This document shows positions 27,130 to 36,950 of a stretch of DNA of 64,000 nt, piece by piece. The notes under the pieces are model-generated. The model was given only the letters and a program-made list of their open reading frames with translations, was not told the DNA's origin and did no database searches. The DNA is from Prevotellaceae bacterium (GTDB lineage: Bacteria; Bacteroidota; Bacteroidia; Bacteroidales; UBA932), in the NCBI GenBank assembly GCA_031278545.1, contig JAITKF010000062.1, positions 4,994 to 68,993 on the forward strand, given 5' to 3'. Within the stretch, counting starts at the first letter, position 1. Every line of letters begins with the position of its first letter. The position numbers and the translations under genes were made by a program.

Positions 27130-28965
27130 ATGGCAGAAATATTATTCTCTGACTTTCCTCCCGTCTCCACGGAGCAATGGGAGACAGTGATTCAAAAAGA
27201 TTTAAAAGGCGCAGACTATGCAAAAAAATTAATCTGGAAGACCCCTGAAGGCATCAATGTGCGTCCCTACTACCGCGCCGAAGATTTACAAAATGTGAAA
27301 CAGATACGTTCCGGTAAATCCGACAATAACTGGCTTGTACGCCAAGATTTCGATGCACGTGAAGATATAGTGGAAGCGAACCGCAATGCGTTGGAAGCCC
27401 TCAACCGGGGCGTTGACTCCATCGGTTTTAAGATTAAAAAAGAGGGTTTGAACGAGGACGAGCTCAATACATTAACCAATGGTATTGTATGGGAAGCTAT
27501 CGAAATGAATTTCGCCGGTGGATGTCGCGCCATAGCCGATTTCGTACAACTGATTGCCCGCAAAAACGTCGCCATAGCTGCTAACCTGCGCGGCTCGGTC
27601 GATTTTGACCCCTTGCGCCGCTTATCCTGCCACGGCCGTTTTTGCGACGACGAAACCGCATCCTTCAACCAACTCAAAGCGGCATTGGATGCAGCGAAGA
27701 CACTGCCGCTCTTTCGTACCGTTGGCGTCGGCGCGCTGATATTCCATCAAGCCGGCTCAACGATTGTGCAGGAACTGGCCTTCGGGTTGGCCATGGGCAG
27801 CGACTACCTGAACCGATTAACCGACGCCGGACTAAACGCTGATGACGTCGCCCGAAAAATGAAATTCACCTTTGCCGTTGGAGCTGCCTATTTTATGGAA
27901 ATCGCCAAATTCCGCGCCGTACGACTGCTGTGGGCGAACATTGTCAAAGCATACGGCGCTACCGAACCCGCTTCGACCACAATGAATATCCATGCGGTAA
28001 CCTCAGCTTGGAACCAAACGGTATACGACCCGAACGTAAATATGCTACGCGCCACCACCGAGGCTATGAGCGCCACGCTTGCCGGGGTAGACAGCCTCGA
28101 AGTGCTCCCCTTCGACAAGCCGATACGCAAGTCCTCCACATTCTCGAACCGCATTGCCCGCAATACGCAAATTCTTTTAAAGGAAGAATCCTATTTCGAC
28201 CGCGTCATTGACCCCGCCGCCGGTTCGTACTACATCGAATCACTGACCGGCGCTATTGCCGAAGAAGCGTGGAAACTATTTAAGCAAGTCGAAGAAAGAG
28301 GCGGCTATCTGGCGGCCTTCAAAGCCGGTTTTATTCAGGAACAAGTGAAGGCGTCGGCACAAAAGCGCGATGCAAATATTGCCACGCGTCGACAGATTTT
28401 ATTAGGCACGAACCAATACCCGAACTTCATGGAAACAGCCTCTGACGACCTTACCGAAGCCACCGTTACCCGTGCGGCAAACACCGTAGCGGAAATTGGC
28501 CAAATAGCCGAACCACTCGAAGAATACCGCGGCGCGCAGGCGTTTGAAGCCCTGCGATACGCTACCGACAAGGGCGGTAAACAACCAACGGCATTTATGC
28601 TGACCTTCGGCAACCTTGCTATGTGTCGGGCGCGGGCGCAGTTTGCCTGCAATTTCTTTGCCTGTGCAGGATTCAAGGTTGTAGACAATAACCGTTTTGA
28701 GGCCATCGACGAAGGAGCGAAAGCCGCATTAACCGCCCACGCCCAAATAGTCGTAGCCTGCGCAGCCGACGACGACTACGCCGAAGCCGTACCGCAAATC
28801 GCCCAACTCATCGGCGATAAAGCCATCTTAGTCGTCGCCGGCGACCCCGCCAGCCGCCCGGAACTGGAAGCAAAAGGCATTAAAAAATTCATCAACGTTA
28901 AATGCAACGTACTTGAAACGCTGATAGAATACCAAAAGCTAATTTTAATTTCAGATAAATTTTAA
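27130..28965 (+). CDS. mutA: Methylmalonyl-CoA mutase small (beta) subunit
   Basis: 611 aa with a mutase fold (RIARNTQ motif) but no DxHxxG B12 ligand motif. Its stop lies 1 nt before mutB. Confidence 0.88.
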   Translation: MAEILFSDFPPVSTEQWETVIQKDLKGADYAKKLIWKTPEGINVRPYYRAEDLQNVKQIRSGKSDNNWLVRQDFDAREDIVEANRNALEALNRGVDSIGFKIKKEGLNEDELNTLTNGIVWEAIEMNFAGGCRAIADFVQLIARKNVAIAANLRGSVDFDPLRRLSCHGRFCDDETASFNQLKAALDAAKTLPLFRTVGVGALIFHQAGSTIVQELAFGLAMGSDYLNRLTDAGLNADDVARKMKFTFAVGAAYFMEIAKFRAVRLLWANIVKAYGATEPASTTMNIHAVTSAWNQTVYDPNVNMLRATTEAMSATLAGVDSLEVLPFDKPIRKSSTFSNRIARNTQILLKEESYFDRVIDPAAGSYYIESLTGAIAEEAWKLFKQVEERGGYLAAFKAGFIQEQVKASAQKRDANIATRRQILLGTNQYPNFMETASDDLTEATVTRAANTVAEIGQIAEPLEEYRGAQAFEALRYATDKGGKQPTAFMLTFGNLAMCRARAQFACNFFACAGFKVVDNNRFEAIDEGAKAALTAHAQIVVACAADDDYAEAVPQIAQLIGDKAILVVAGDPASRPELEAKGIKKFINVKCNVLETLIEYQKLILISDKF

Positions 28966-28966
28966 T

Positions 28967-31090
28967 ATGCGCCCCCAATTTACAGATTTAAACTATACCC
29001 TCGCCCAACGTAGCGAAATCCCACAAGCATCATGGAACACCCCGGAACAAATAACCGTAAAAAACCGATATGATGCAGCCGACCTCGAAAGCCTCGAACA
29101 TCTACATTATGCTGCTGGCCTGCCCCCATTCCTGCGAGGGCCGTACAGTACGATGTATGTAATGAGTCCCTGGACCATCCGCCAATACGCCGGCTTCTCG
29201 ACCGCCGAAGAATCCAACGCCTTCTACCGACGCAACCTCGCAGCCGGACAAAAAGGTCTATCGGTAGCCTTCGACCTGGCCACCCACCGCGGCTACGACG
29301 CCGACCACCCCCGTGTCGTCGGCGACGTAGGAAAAGCCGGCGTAAGCATTTGCAGCGTCGAAGACATGAAAGTACTCTTCGACCAAATCCCGTTAAACAA
29401 AATGTCCGTCTCGATGACTATGAACGGCGCCGTATTACCCGTACTGGCATTCTACATCGTCGCCGGACTCGAACAAGGCGCGTCGCTCGAAGAACTGAGC
29501 GGCACTATCCAGAACGACATCCTCAAAGAATTTATGGTGCGCAACACCTACATCTACCCCCCCGACTTCTCAATGCGCATCATCGGAGACATCTTTGCAT
29601 ACACGGCGAAAAATATGCCGAAATTCAACTCCATCTCCATCTCCGGCTACCACATGCAAGAAGCTGGCGCTACGTGCGACATCGAGATGGCCTACACACT
29701 GGCCGACGGGCTGGAGTACCTCCGCACCGGCATTAAAGCTGGCATGAGCATAGACCAATTTGCCCCGCGACTCTCGTTCTTCTGGGCTATAGGGATGAAC
29801 CACTTCATGGAAATTGCCAAAATGCGCGCGGCGCGTATGCTATGGGCGAAGCTTGTCAAAACCTTTGACCCCAAAAACCCAAAATCCCTCTCCTTACGTA
29901 CCCACTCGCAGACATCCGGATGGAGCCTGACCGAACAAGACCCCTTCAACAACGTAGCGCGCACCTGCATCGAAGCGATGGCCGCCGCCTTAGGACACAC
30001 GCAGTCGCTCCACACCAACGCCCTGGACGAAGCCATTGCTCTACCCACTGACTTCTCGGCGCGCATCGCCCGCAACACACAAATCTACATCCAGGAAGAA
30101 ACCTACATCACCAAATCCCTCGACCCATGGGCCGGCTCCTACTACGTAGAAAAACTAACCCACGACATAGCGCATCGGGCTTGGGAACACATTCAAGAAG
30201 TAGAAAAATTAGGCGGCATGGCCAAAGCCATCGAAACAGGCATCCCCAAACTACGCATCGAAGAAGCCGCTGCCCGAAAACAAGCGCGCATCGACTCGAA
30301 CGCCGACACCATTGTCGGACTCAACAAATATCGCCTCGAAAAAGAAGACCCCATTGACATCCTCGACGTAGACAACACAAAAGTGCGACAATCACAAATC
30401 GAACGACTGACTCAACTGCGCACCTCGCGAGACGAACCCCGCGTACAAGCCACCCTGGAAGCCATCACCGACGCCGCCCACCACCAATCGGGAAACCTCC
30501 TTGAACTGGCCATCGAAGCCGCCAAAGCACGCGCCTCCCTCGGCGAAATTTCCGATGCGTGCGAAAAAATAGCAGGACGTTATAAAGCCACCATACGCAT
30601 GAACACCGGTGTATACTCCGCAGAAGCGCAAAACAACAGCGTCTTCCAAAAAGCCAAACAACTCGTTGCCGAATTTGCCAAGAAAGAAGGACGGCAGCCA
30701 CGCATAATGATTGCCAAACTCGGCCAGGACGGCCACGACCGCGGTGCTAAAGTCGTCGCCACAGGCTACGCCGACGTCGGATTCGACGTCGACATGGGAC
30801 CCCTCTTCCAGACACCCGCAGAAGCCGCAAAACAAGCCGTCGAAAACGACGTCCACGTCGTCGGGGTTTCATCCCTCGCCGCAGGACACAAAACCCTCGT
30901 CCCACAAATCATCGACGAACTAAAAAAACGCCACCGCGAAGACATTCTAGTCGTCGTCGGCGGCGTGATACCCGCTCAAGACTACGAAGCCCTCTACAAC
31001 GCCGGCGCAGCCGCCATCTTCGGCCCCGGCACACCGGTATCCGTCGCCTCTGTTAAAATGATGGAACTGCTACTCATGCGCGAGGCCTAA
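28967..31090 (+). CDS. mutB: Methylmalonyl-CoA mutase large (alpha) subunit
   Basis: 707 aa with [23 protein letters not shown] and RIARNTQ motifs. The C-terminal B12 domain has DGHDRG (DxHxxG). Confidence 0.95.
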   Translation: MRPQFTDLNYTLAQRSEIPQASWNTPEQITVKNRYDAADLESLEHLHYAAGLPPFLRGPYSTMYVMSPWTIRQYAGFSTAEESNAFYRRNLAAGQKGLSVAFDLATHRGYDADHPRVVGDVGKAGVSICSVEDMKVLFDQIPLNKMSVSMTMNGAVLPVLAFYIVAGLEQGASLEELSGTIQNDILKEFMVRNTYIYPPDFSMRIIGDIFAYTAKNMPKFNSISISGYHMQEAGATCDIEMAYTLADGLEYLRTGIKAGMSIDQFAPRLSFFWAIGMNHFMEIAKMRAARMLWAKLVKTFDPKNPKSLSLRTHSQTSGWSLTEQDPFNNVARTCIEAMAAALGHTQSLHTNALDEAIALPTDFSARIARNTQIYIQEETYITKSLDPWAGSYYVEKLTHDIAHRAWEHIQEVEKLGGMAKAIETGIPKLRIEEAAARKQARIDSNADTIVGLNKYRLEKEDPIDILDVDNTKVRQSQIERLTQLRTSRDEPRVQATLEAITDAAHHQSGNLLELAIEAAKARASLGEISDACEKIAGRYKATIRMNTGVYSAEAQNNSVFQKAKQLVAEFAKKEGRQPRIMIAKLGQDGHDRGAKVVATGYADVGFDVDMGPLFQTPAEAAKQAVENDVHVVGVSSLAAGHKTLVPQIIDELKKRHREDILVVVGGVIPAQDYEALYNAGAAAIFGPGTPVSVASVKMMELLLMREA

Positions 31091-31091
31091 A

Positions 31092-31186
31092 AACCTCTGT
31101 GTACCTCTGCGCCTCCCGGTGTAACACCCCCCAACTCCACCCAACCCCCCAACGTTACACCCAGAGACGCAGAGAGACGCAGAGTG
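31092..31186 (+). repeat. Long imperfect hairpin with a C-rich apical loop
   Basis: GGTGTAAC (31118-31125) pairs with GTTACACC (31154-31161). The outer ACCTCTG x2 pairs with CGCAGAG x2. The loop is ACCCCCCAACTCCACCCAACCCCCCAAC. Confidence 0.6.
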
Positions 31187-31230
31187 GCGCCAAAAAACGC
31201 CAAGCGCCTCATACATCCCATTATTTTTTT

Positions 31231-31238
31231 TACCTTTG
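31231..31238 (+). promoter_or_regulatory. -7 promoter box TACCTTTG for manC
   Basis: TAnnTTTG match, 20 nt upstream of the ATG at 31258. Confidence 0.65.
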
Positions 31239-31257
31239 CCAAAAATTAACCCCCACG

Positions 31258-32352
31258 ATGACTTCCAACCAATACTGCATTATCATGGCCGGCGGCGCAG
31301 GAAGCCGTTTCTGGCCAATGAGCCGCGACTCGCGACCTAAACAATTCTTAGACATCTTAGGCGACGGGAAATCATTCCTGCAAGAAACATTTGCCCGCTT
31401 TGCACACATCGTACCCCCAGAAAATATCCTGATAGTAACGGGTAACGCCTACGTCGACATCGTCCGCCAACAACTGCCCGCCGTCGACCCCGCGCAAATA
31501 CTGGCCGAACCGTTGCGGCGCAACACCGCCCCTTGCATTGCCTACGCCGCCTACCGGATCCTCGCCAAAAACCCACATGCCACGATGGTCGTTACACCGG
31601 CCGACCACTACATCGCCAACGAACAAGCATTCCTGCAAGTGATACAGAACGCCCTCAACTTTGCGGCAAACAACGATTCACTCATCACACTCGGAATCCA
31701 ACCCACACGCCCCGAAATCAACTACGGATACATCCAGTTCAACAAATCCGAACAACACGATGTCAGCAAACAGAAAGTATACCGCGTCAAAACATTCACC
31801 GAAAAACCCAACGCCGAGCTGGCGCAAATATTCCTCAATAGCGGCGAGTTCCTCTGGAACTCGGGCATCTTCATCTGGCACATTAAAACCATCTGCCGCG
31901 CACTGAAGACATATCTCCCCGACATCGCCGCACTATTCGAGAAAGGAGCCCCGGTATACCATACCCCCGACGAGCCCGCCTTCGTGGCCGGCGCCTACGC
32001 CGAATGCCGCAATATCTCCATCGACTACGGCGTCATGGAAAAAGCCGACAATACATATTGCTTCATCGGGCGCTTCGGATGGTCGGACTTGGGCACGTGG
32101 TACTCCCTCTATTCACACAAACGGAAAGACCCCTGCGGTAACGTCGTCGACGCCCCGGAAACGATGCTCTACGACGTCGCCGACACCGTCGTTTTCTCCG
32201 GAAATAAACAAAAACTGATAGTCCTGCGCGGACTGGAAAACTTCCTGGTCATCGACACCGACGACGTCCTGCTCGTGTGCCCCAACAACGACAACGACGT
32301 AAAAGAAATCATCAAAGACATCCCGCTAAAAAAAGGGAAAAAATACATGTAA
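31258..32352 (+). CDS. manC: Mannose-1-phosphate guanylyltransferase
   Basis: 364 aa with IMAGGAGSRFWP nucleotidyltransferase motifs and DYGVMEK. The start was trimmed from the track ORF at 31099 to MTSNQYCIIMAGG. Confidence 0.82.
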   Translation: MTSNQYCIIMAGGAGSRFWPMSRDSRPKQFLDILGDGKSFLQETFARFAHIVPPENILIVTGNAYVDIVRQQLPAVDPAQILAEPLRRNTAPCIAYAAYRILAKNPHATMVVTPADHYIANEQAFLQVIQNALNFAANNDSLITLGIQPTRPEINYGYIQFNKSEQHDVSKQKVYRVKTFTEKPNAELAQIFLNSGEFLWNSGIFIWHIKTICRALKTYLPDIAALFEKGAPVYHTPDEPAFVAGAYAECRNISIDYGVMEKADNTYCFIGRFGWSDLGTWYSLYSHKRKDPCGNVVDAPETMLYDVADTVVFSGNKQKLIVLRGLENFLVIDTDDVLLVCPNNDNDVKEIIKDIPLKKGKKYM

Positions 32353-32503
32353 AACACAGCATGGCCGCTTCTGGCGCCCAGTAATAACACCCGGCGTAAA
32401 TTTCAAATCTCCTTTATCACGCCGGGAGGGCGCTATGGGCAACCGCCCCTCCCTCCCCCCGCCTCCACGCCGGCGGCTACAACCGCAGCCCCTGCCGCCT
32501 GCG

Positions 32504-33484
32504 CTATCCCTCGACGGCGATGCTCGCTTCGATACTAAACGTCATCCTCTTTTTCCCCGTATACCCGCCCTTGCCGCGGATGGTAAGCTCGGCCATACCC
32601 GGACGGATATTATTCCGGTAAGTTATCGAAAAATCATGCCCCAGCGACAGCTCAACGCCCGCATCGGCGCCGGTATCAGCGTCGCGGTAATACACCTTCG
32701 GCACGACCGTCACAGGCTTGCCCGTGGCCATTTGCGGCGGGATGGGTTCGATACACGTGCATCCCCCCTTACCCAAGTCTTTCCCAGCATGGCGGTGCAG
32801 CAACTCCCTGAATTTGTCGGCTACGACATTGAGGCGCACGATAAACTCGTCGAACGCGCCGGGCGTGTCGCCGACGATGGAGGCCGCCACAATGCGGTCG
32901 ATCATCCGGTCGTAGACGGTTTCGACGCTGCGCCGCGCCACACGTAGCCGGCCATGCGGTTTTTGCGCCGCTTCGGAAAGGCGCTGGTGGTACAACTCCA
33001 CGAACGCCGTTTTAGCAGCGGCCAGCTCGTCGACCCACGGCATTAGCCCGATAAGCGTCGCCTTCGCGGCGTACTCAGGGCTGCGGAGTGCATCCATCCA
33101 TATCTCGATAGCAGAGAGTTCCGCCATATAATCTTTCCGGCGTATGATGCCGAATGCTTTGAAGCGGTAATAAAGATCCTTCGCCGCGTCTTCCATGGCG
33201 GGGTCGAAATGGTGCAGCGCCGATGTCAACAACGCGCTCATGCCTGTCAGGCAACGCTCGATACGCCTCTCGGCCGTCATGATATACTTCGTATAGCTGC
33301 TTTTACGTATTTTACCCAGCAGGGCGAACTCCTCATCGAGCCGTTCGATGAAATCAGGATACAGGTCGGCCACAACCTCTTTTACCTGCGGCCATGCATC
33401 AAGCAGCTCTTGAAAATACGTGAAGTATTGACTGTGTTCATTAGCACGGAGCGAATGAAAATAGATCAGTTTAATTTTTTCCAT
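32504..33484 (-). CDS. Uncharacterised protein, paralog B of 17515-18459 (helical domain plus C-terminal Ig-like domain, no signal peptide)
   Basis: 326 aa with ATG start. The shared motif blocks are listed under paralog A. Confidence 0.75.
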   Translation of the reverse strand: MEKIKLIYFHSLRANEHSQYFTYFQELLDAWPQVKEVVADLYPDFIERLDEEFALLGKIRKSSYTKYIMTAERRIERCLTGMSALLTSALHHFDPAMEDAAKDLYYRFKAFGIIRRKDYMAELSAIEIWMDALRSPEYAAKATLIGLMPWVDELAAAKTAFVELYHQRLSEAAQKPHGRLRVARRSVETVYDRMIDRIVAASIVGDTPGAFDEFIVRLNVVADKFRELLHRHAGKDLGKGGCTCIEPIPPQMATGKPVTVVPKVYYRDADTGADAGVELSLGHDFSITYRNNIRPGMAELTIRGKGGYTGKKRMTFSIEASIAVEG

Positions 33485-33547
33485 CTTTTTTAAAATTATA
33501 TAATATTTTATTTCTATTTAAATCTTTCAATATGTCATCAAAATTTT

Positions 33548-33711
33548 GGGACGGCATGTCGCTGCGAGCGACGGTTCGTCCCAAAGTTGGGACGGCGTGT
33601 CGCTGTGAGCGACGGTTCGTCCCAAAGTTGGGACGGCGTGTCGCTGCGAGCGACGGTTCGTCCCAAAATTGGGACGGCGTGTCGCTGCGAGCGACGGCTC
33701 GTCCCAACTTT
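33548..33711. repeat. Tandem array, 4 x 41 bp, each unit a 35-nt two-stem hairpin GGGACG-GCGT-GTCGCT-GCG-AGCGAC-GGTT-CGTCCC
   Basis: Unit starts fall at 33548, 33589, 33630 and 33671, an exact 41-bp period. Only four single-base differences separate the units (33556, 33606, 33668, 33698), and none lies in a stem. Confidence 0.95.
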
Positions 33712-33786
33712 TTTATAACGTCATAGAATGTTTATTACATTGTCATAACGTTGTGACGATGTATTGAACGTTCTAGTATAGCGATG

Positions 33787-33794
33787 CAAAGGTA
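33787..33794 (-). promoter_or_regulatory. -7 promoter box (TACCTTTG on minus strand) upstream of the second 41-bp array and paralog B
   Basis: The plus strand reads CAAAGGTA. Only a weak AAATTTTG lies between the array and the ATG at 33484. Confidence 0.5.
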
Positions 33795-33854
33795 AGCATT
33801 ATTTCTTACCTGAAAAATAATTGAAATGATTTATTTGGTTTGGCGTCCTGCGCT

Positions 33855-34931
33855 TTACATTTTCTCGTAGAGGCGGCGCAGTTTGGGGGCTGTCATAATC
33901 TGGGGCCAGTTTTTGCCGAGCGCGTTTTCCCAGAGGGGGGTCATTCCGAGGGAGACTTTTATCATTGTATCGAACTGGTCGTCGGTACAGTTTGCGCAGA
34001 CGTTTTGTGGCAGGTCGATGCGCCATTTGTCGAGCATGTCGTGGAACCGGCGGACGCCGTCGGGGTAATATTCTTCGAGTTGATTAAAGACGATGGCGTT
34101 TCCTACGCCGTGGTGTGTGCCTAACACGAAGGCCATGCCGTAGCTTACGGCGTGGGCGACGCCAACCTGCGAGTAGGCGATGCTCATGCCGCCGTGCCAC
34201 GAGGCCATCATGAGCGCCTCGTCGCTGTCGTCGTCCCACGTGTTTTTGTGGAGGAATACGTCTTCGCACAGCGCCTGCGCTTTTTCGCCGTAGCTTTTGC
34301 TGAAGGCGTTCAGGTATGTTCCGTTCAACGATTCGATGCAGTGGATGTAGCAGTCCATACCGGTGAAGAATCGTTGGTTTTTCGGGGCGTCTTTCGTCAG
34401 CGACGGGTCGAGCAGTACTTGGTCGAAGGTCGTATAGTCGGAGTTGAGGCCGAGTTTCCGTTCGGGGCCTGTCAATACGGCCGTGCGGGATACTTCGGCG
34501 CCTGTGCCGCTCAGTGTCGGGATGCCGACGCGGTAGACGCCGGGGCGTTGCAGCAAGTCCCAGCCTTGATATTGCGCCGACGAGCCTTCGTGGGTCATCA
34601 TCAGCCCGACGGCTTTCGCCATGTCCATGATGCTGCCGCCGCCGACGCCGATGATGCCCGATACGGCGCCAAATTCTTTTTGCAGCCGGTCGCGTAGCGC
34701 GTCTACCTGTTGTGTTTTCGGTTCGTCGGTGGTGTTGATGAAGATGACCGTATCGCGTTCCGCCAGCGGGATGCGTCGGCGGAGGCTCTCGTGGCGGGCG
34801 AATACGTCGTCGACAAGGAAGATGAACGGGGCGCCGGCTTGTCGTTTCGGGGCGATGATTTCGTGGAGGTCGTCGAATGCGCCGCGTCCGTAAATTACGC
34901 GCGGCACCATGGGGAAGTTTCTATATTGCAT
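33855..34931 (-). CDS. Iron-containing (class III) alcohol dehydrogenase family protein, KdnB-like candidate
   Basis: 358 aa with GVGGGSIMDMAK and a His-rich metal-site region (DCYIHCIES, HGG..VGVAHAVSYG). It starts 11 nt after the kdsB stop. The track ORF extension to 35099 overlaps kdsB and was rejected. Confidence 0.8.
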   Translation of the reverse strand: MQYRNFPMVPRVIYGRGAFDDLHEIIAPKRQAGAPFIFLVDDVFARHESLRRRIPLAERDTVIFINTTDEPKTQQVDALRDRLQKEFGAVSGIIGVGGGSIMDMAKAVGLMMTHEGSSAQYQGWDLLQRPGVYRVGIPTLSGTGAEVSRTAVLTGPERKLGLNSDYTTFDQVLLDPSLTKDAPKNQRFFTGMDCYIHCIESLNGTYLNAFSKSYGEKAQALCEDVFLHKNTWDDDSDEALMMASWHGGMSIAYSQVGVAHAVSYGMAFVLGTHHGVGNAIVFNQLEEYYPDGVRRFHDMLDKWRIDLPQNVCANCTDDQFDTMIKVSLGMTPLWENALGKNWPQIMTAPKLRRLYEKM

Positions 34932-34942
34932 AGTTCGATTGT

Positions 34943-35713
34943 TTATTTTTTGATGGTTGGTATTTGAGGTGGGGTTGCGGGGGTGTTGGCGAGGTGTTTT
35001 TCGGCATTGAGCAGGTCTTCGGGGGTGTCGATTTCGATGCCCATGTAGTCGGTGAGTATCATTTTGATTTTTTTTCCTGTTTCGAGGTATCGCAGGCATT
35101 CGATTTTTTCGATGCGTTCGAGGGGGGTTGCGGGGGTGTTGGCGAAGTCGAGCAGCGCTTGCCGGCGGAATGCGTAGACGCCGATGTGTTCGTAGTATGG
35201 CGGCCGGATGTCTGTTGCGCGGGGGTAGGGGATGGGGGCGCGGGAGAAGAGCAGGGCATAGCCGTTCTGGTCGACGACGACTTTTACGAAGTTCGGGTCG
35301 TTGATTTGGTGCCGGTCGTGCATCGTTTGCATGAGTGAGGCGAGGTCGGTTTGTGCCGCGTCGGGGGCATCGAATACGGCCAGCAGTTTTTCTAACGGTT
35401 CGCGTGAGGTAAAGGGTTCGTCGCCTTGTACGTTTACGACGATGTCGGCGTCGAGTGTGGCGGCGGCTTCGGCGATGCGGTCGCTGCCGGTTTCATGGGG
35501 TCTTTGGCTCATGTAGGCGCGTCCGCCGTGGTGTGTGATTTCGGTGTATATCTCCGGGCTGTCGGTGACGACCATCACGTCGTCGAACAGGCCAGTGTTG
35601 GTTACGGCGGCGTATGTCCGCCGGACGACCGGTATGCCTCCTAACGGGGCCATCAGTTTGCCGGGGAAGCGGGAGGCTTCGTATCGTGCGGGGATGAGCG
35701 CTATTCGTTTCAT
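34943..35713 (-). CDS. kdsB: 3-deoxy-manno-octulosonate cytidylyltransferase (CMP-Kdo synthetase)
   Basis: 256 aa with the IPARYEASRFPGK and NVQGDEP motifs. Confidence 0.92.
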   Translation of the reverse strand: MKRIALIPARYEASRFPGKLMAPLGGIPVVRRTYAAVTNTGLFDDVMVVTDSPEIYTEITHHGGRAYMSQRPHETGSDRIAEAAATLDADIVVNVQGDEPFTSREPLEKLLAVFDAPDAAQTDLASLMQTMHDRHQINDPNFVKVVVDQNGYALLFSRAPIPYPRATDIRPPYYEHIGVYAFRRQALLDFANTPATPLERIEKIECLRYLETGKKIKMILTDYMGIEIDTPEDLLNAEKHLANTPATPPQIPTIKK

Positions 35714-35734
35714 TTTGTCGGGGGATGGTCGTTT

Positions 35735-36946
35735 CTACCGGGATGCGGGGGTGCGTAGGGTGTTTTGCAGGGAGTGTTTGATGGTTGTAGCCCGCCGGTG
35801 TACGTCGTCGTCGCTCCATCCCATTTTGATGGCTATTGAGAGGGTGCGTGCGATGATGTCGTCGGATTGTGGGAATGCGACGGTGGCGTAGTCGGGCAGG
35901 AGGTCGAGCAGGGGTTTGTAGAGGGGGTGTGCAAAGGCGCGTGCTTTGAGGTGTTCCCATTTGCGGATGTAGTGCCAGTTGTTGTCGTACCAGTGGAAGA
36001 CGCCGTCGATGCCGGCTTTTTTGAGGGCGTTAGAGGCGCGTCGGGCGAGGTCTTCGGAGGGCATGAAGAGGGAGAGGAATGTGGCGCTGTCACCGTCGGG
36101 GTCGGGCAGGCGGCGGAAGGCGATGTCGGGCAGGTCGGCGAGGGATTCTTTGAGGGTTTGTTTATGTTTGCGGTGGATGTCGACGAAGCGTGCGAGCTTG
36201 CTTATCTGTGCGCATCCGATGGCGGCGTGGAGTTCGGAGATGCGGTAGTTGTAGCCGATGAAGGGGTGTCCTTCGGCGCCGCGGTCGTCGTTCGTATGGT
36301 CGTGTCCGTGGTCGTGGTATTGGTCGGCGCGTTGGAGGAGCGTATGGTCGTTGGTAACGACGGCGCCGCCTTCGCCGCAGGTTATAATTTTATTAAAGTC
36401 GAACGAATAGCAGCCGGCGTCGCCGATGCTGCCGAGCATTTTTCCTTGGAACGAGGCGCCGAAGGCTTGGCAGGCGTCTTCGAGGAGGAAGAGTCCGTGT
36501 TGGCGGCAGATGTCGAGCAGTTCGTCTACTTGCGCCATAGCGCCGCACATGTGTACGGGCATGACGACCTTTGTGCGCGGCGTAATAGCCCGGCGTACGG
36601 CTTGCGGGTCGAGGCAGAGGGTGTCGTCGATGTCGGCCATCACCGGCACGGCGCCCGTAGCGAGGATGGATTCAAAGCTTGCGACAAATGTGAACGGCGG
36701 GAGGATGACTTCGTCGCCGGCGCCTACGCCCATCGCCGCCAGCGCCGTCGTCAACGCGGCGGTGCCGCTCGACAGCAACAGGGCGTGGCGTACGCCGGCT
36801 GTCCGGGCGATGGCCGCTTCCATTTCCTTCGCTTTCCAATGTCCTTTGCGGAGGCCGTTGAAGCCATACCGCATTAAAATTCCGGTATCCATTACATCCT
36901 GTAATTGTTCCCGCTCTGCATGATCGAATAATTCAAAACCTGGCAT
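35735..36946 (-). CDS. DegT/DnrJ/EryC1/StrS-family PLP aminotransferase, KdnA-like candidate
   Basis: 403 aa with SSGTAAL, a F.FNK..T.GEGG lysine region (FDFNKIITCGEGG) and YNYRISELHAA. Confidence 0.85.
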   Translation of the reverse strand: MPGFELFDHAEREQLQDVMDTGILMRYGFNGLRKGHWKAKEMEAAIARTAGVRHALLLSSGTAALTTALAAMGVGAGDEVILPPFTFVASFESILATGAVPVMADIDDTLCLDPQAVRRAITPRTKVVMPVHMCGAMAQVDELLDICRQHGLFLLEDACQAFGASFQGKMLGSIGDAGCYSFDFNKIITCGEGGAVVTNDHTLLQRADQYHDHGHDHTNDDRGAEGHPFIGYNYRISELHAAIGCAQISKLARFVDIHRKHKQTLKESLADLPDIAFRRLPDPDGDSATFLSLFMPSEDLARRASNALKKAGIDGVFHWYDNNWHYIRKWEHLKARAFAHPLYKPLLDLLPDYATVAFPQSDDIIARTLSIAIKMGWSDDDVHRRATTIKHSLQNTLRTPASR

Positions 36947-36950
36947 TTGT

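Noticed and set aside
32390-32426. A CCCGGCGT / ACGCCGGG 8-bp inverted repeat between the convergent manC and paralog B genes, considered as a terminator.
   Set aside because: The loop is 21 nt and no T-tract follows on either strand, so it is too weak to call.
32435-32947. A 170-aa Pro/Arg-rich ORF on the plus strand.
   Set aside because: It is antisense to the 3' end of paralog B, and its composition reflects the C-rich complement of a coding strand.
33471-33726. ORFs of 78 aa (-) and 64 aa (+) across the second 41-bp array.
   Set aside because: This is the same artefact: open frames created by a GC-rich repeat that lacks stops. The minus-strand ORF also overlaps the start of the real gene.
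35867-36877. A 336-aa ORF on the plus strand.
   Set aside because: It is antisense to the well-supported DegT aminotransferase gene and has a low-complexity Gly/Val/Ala/Glu composition.
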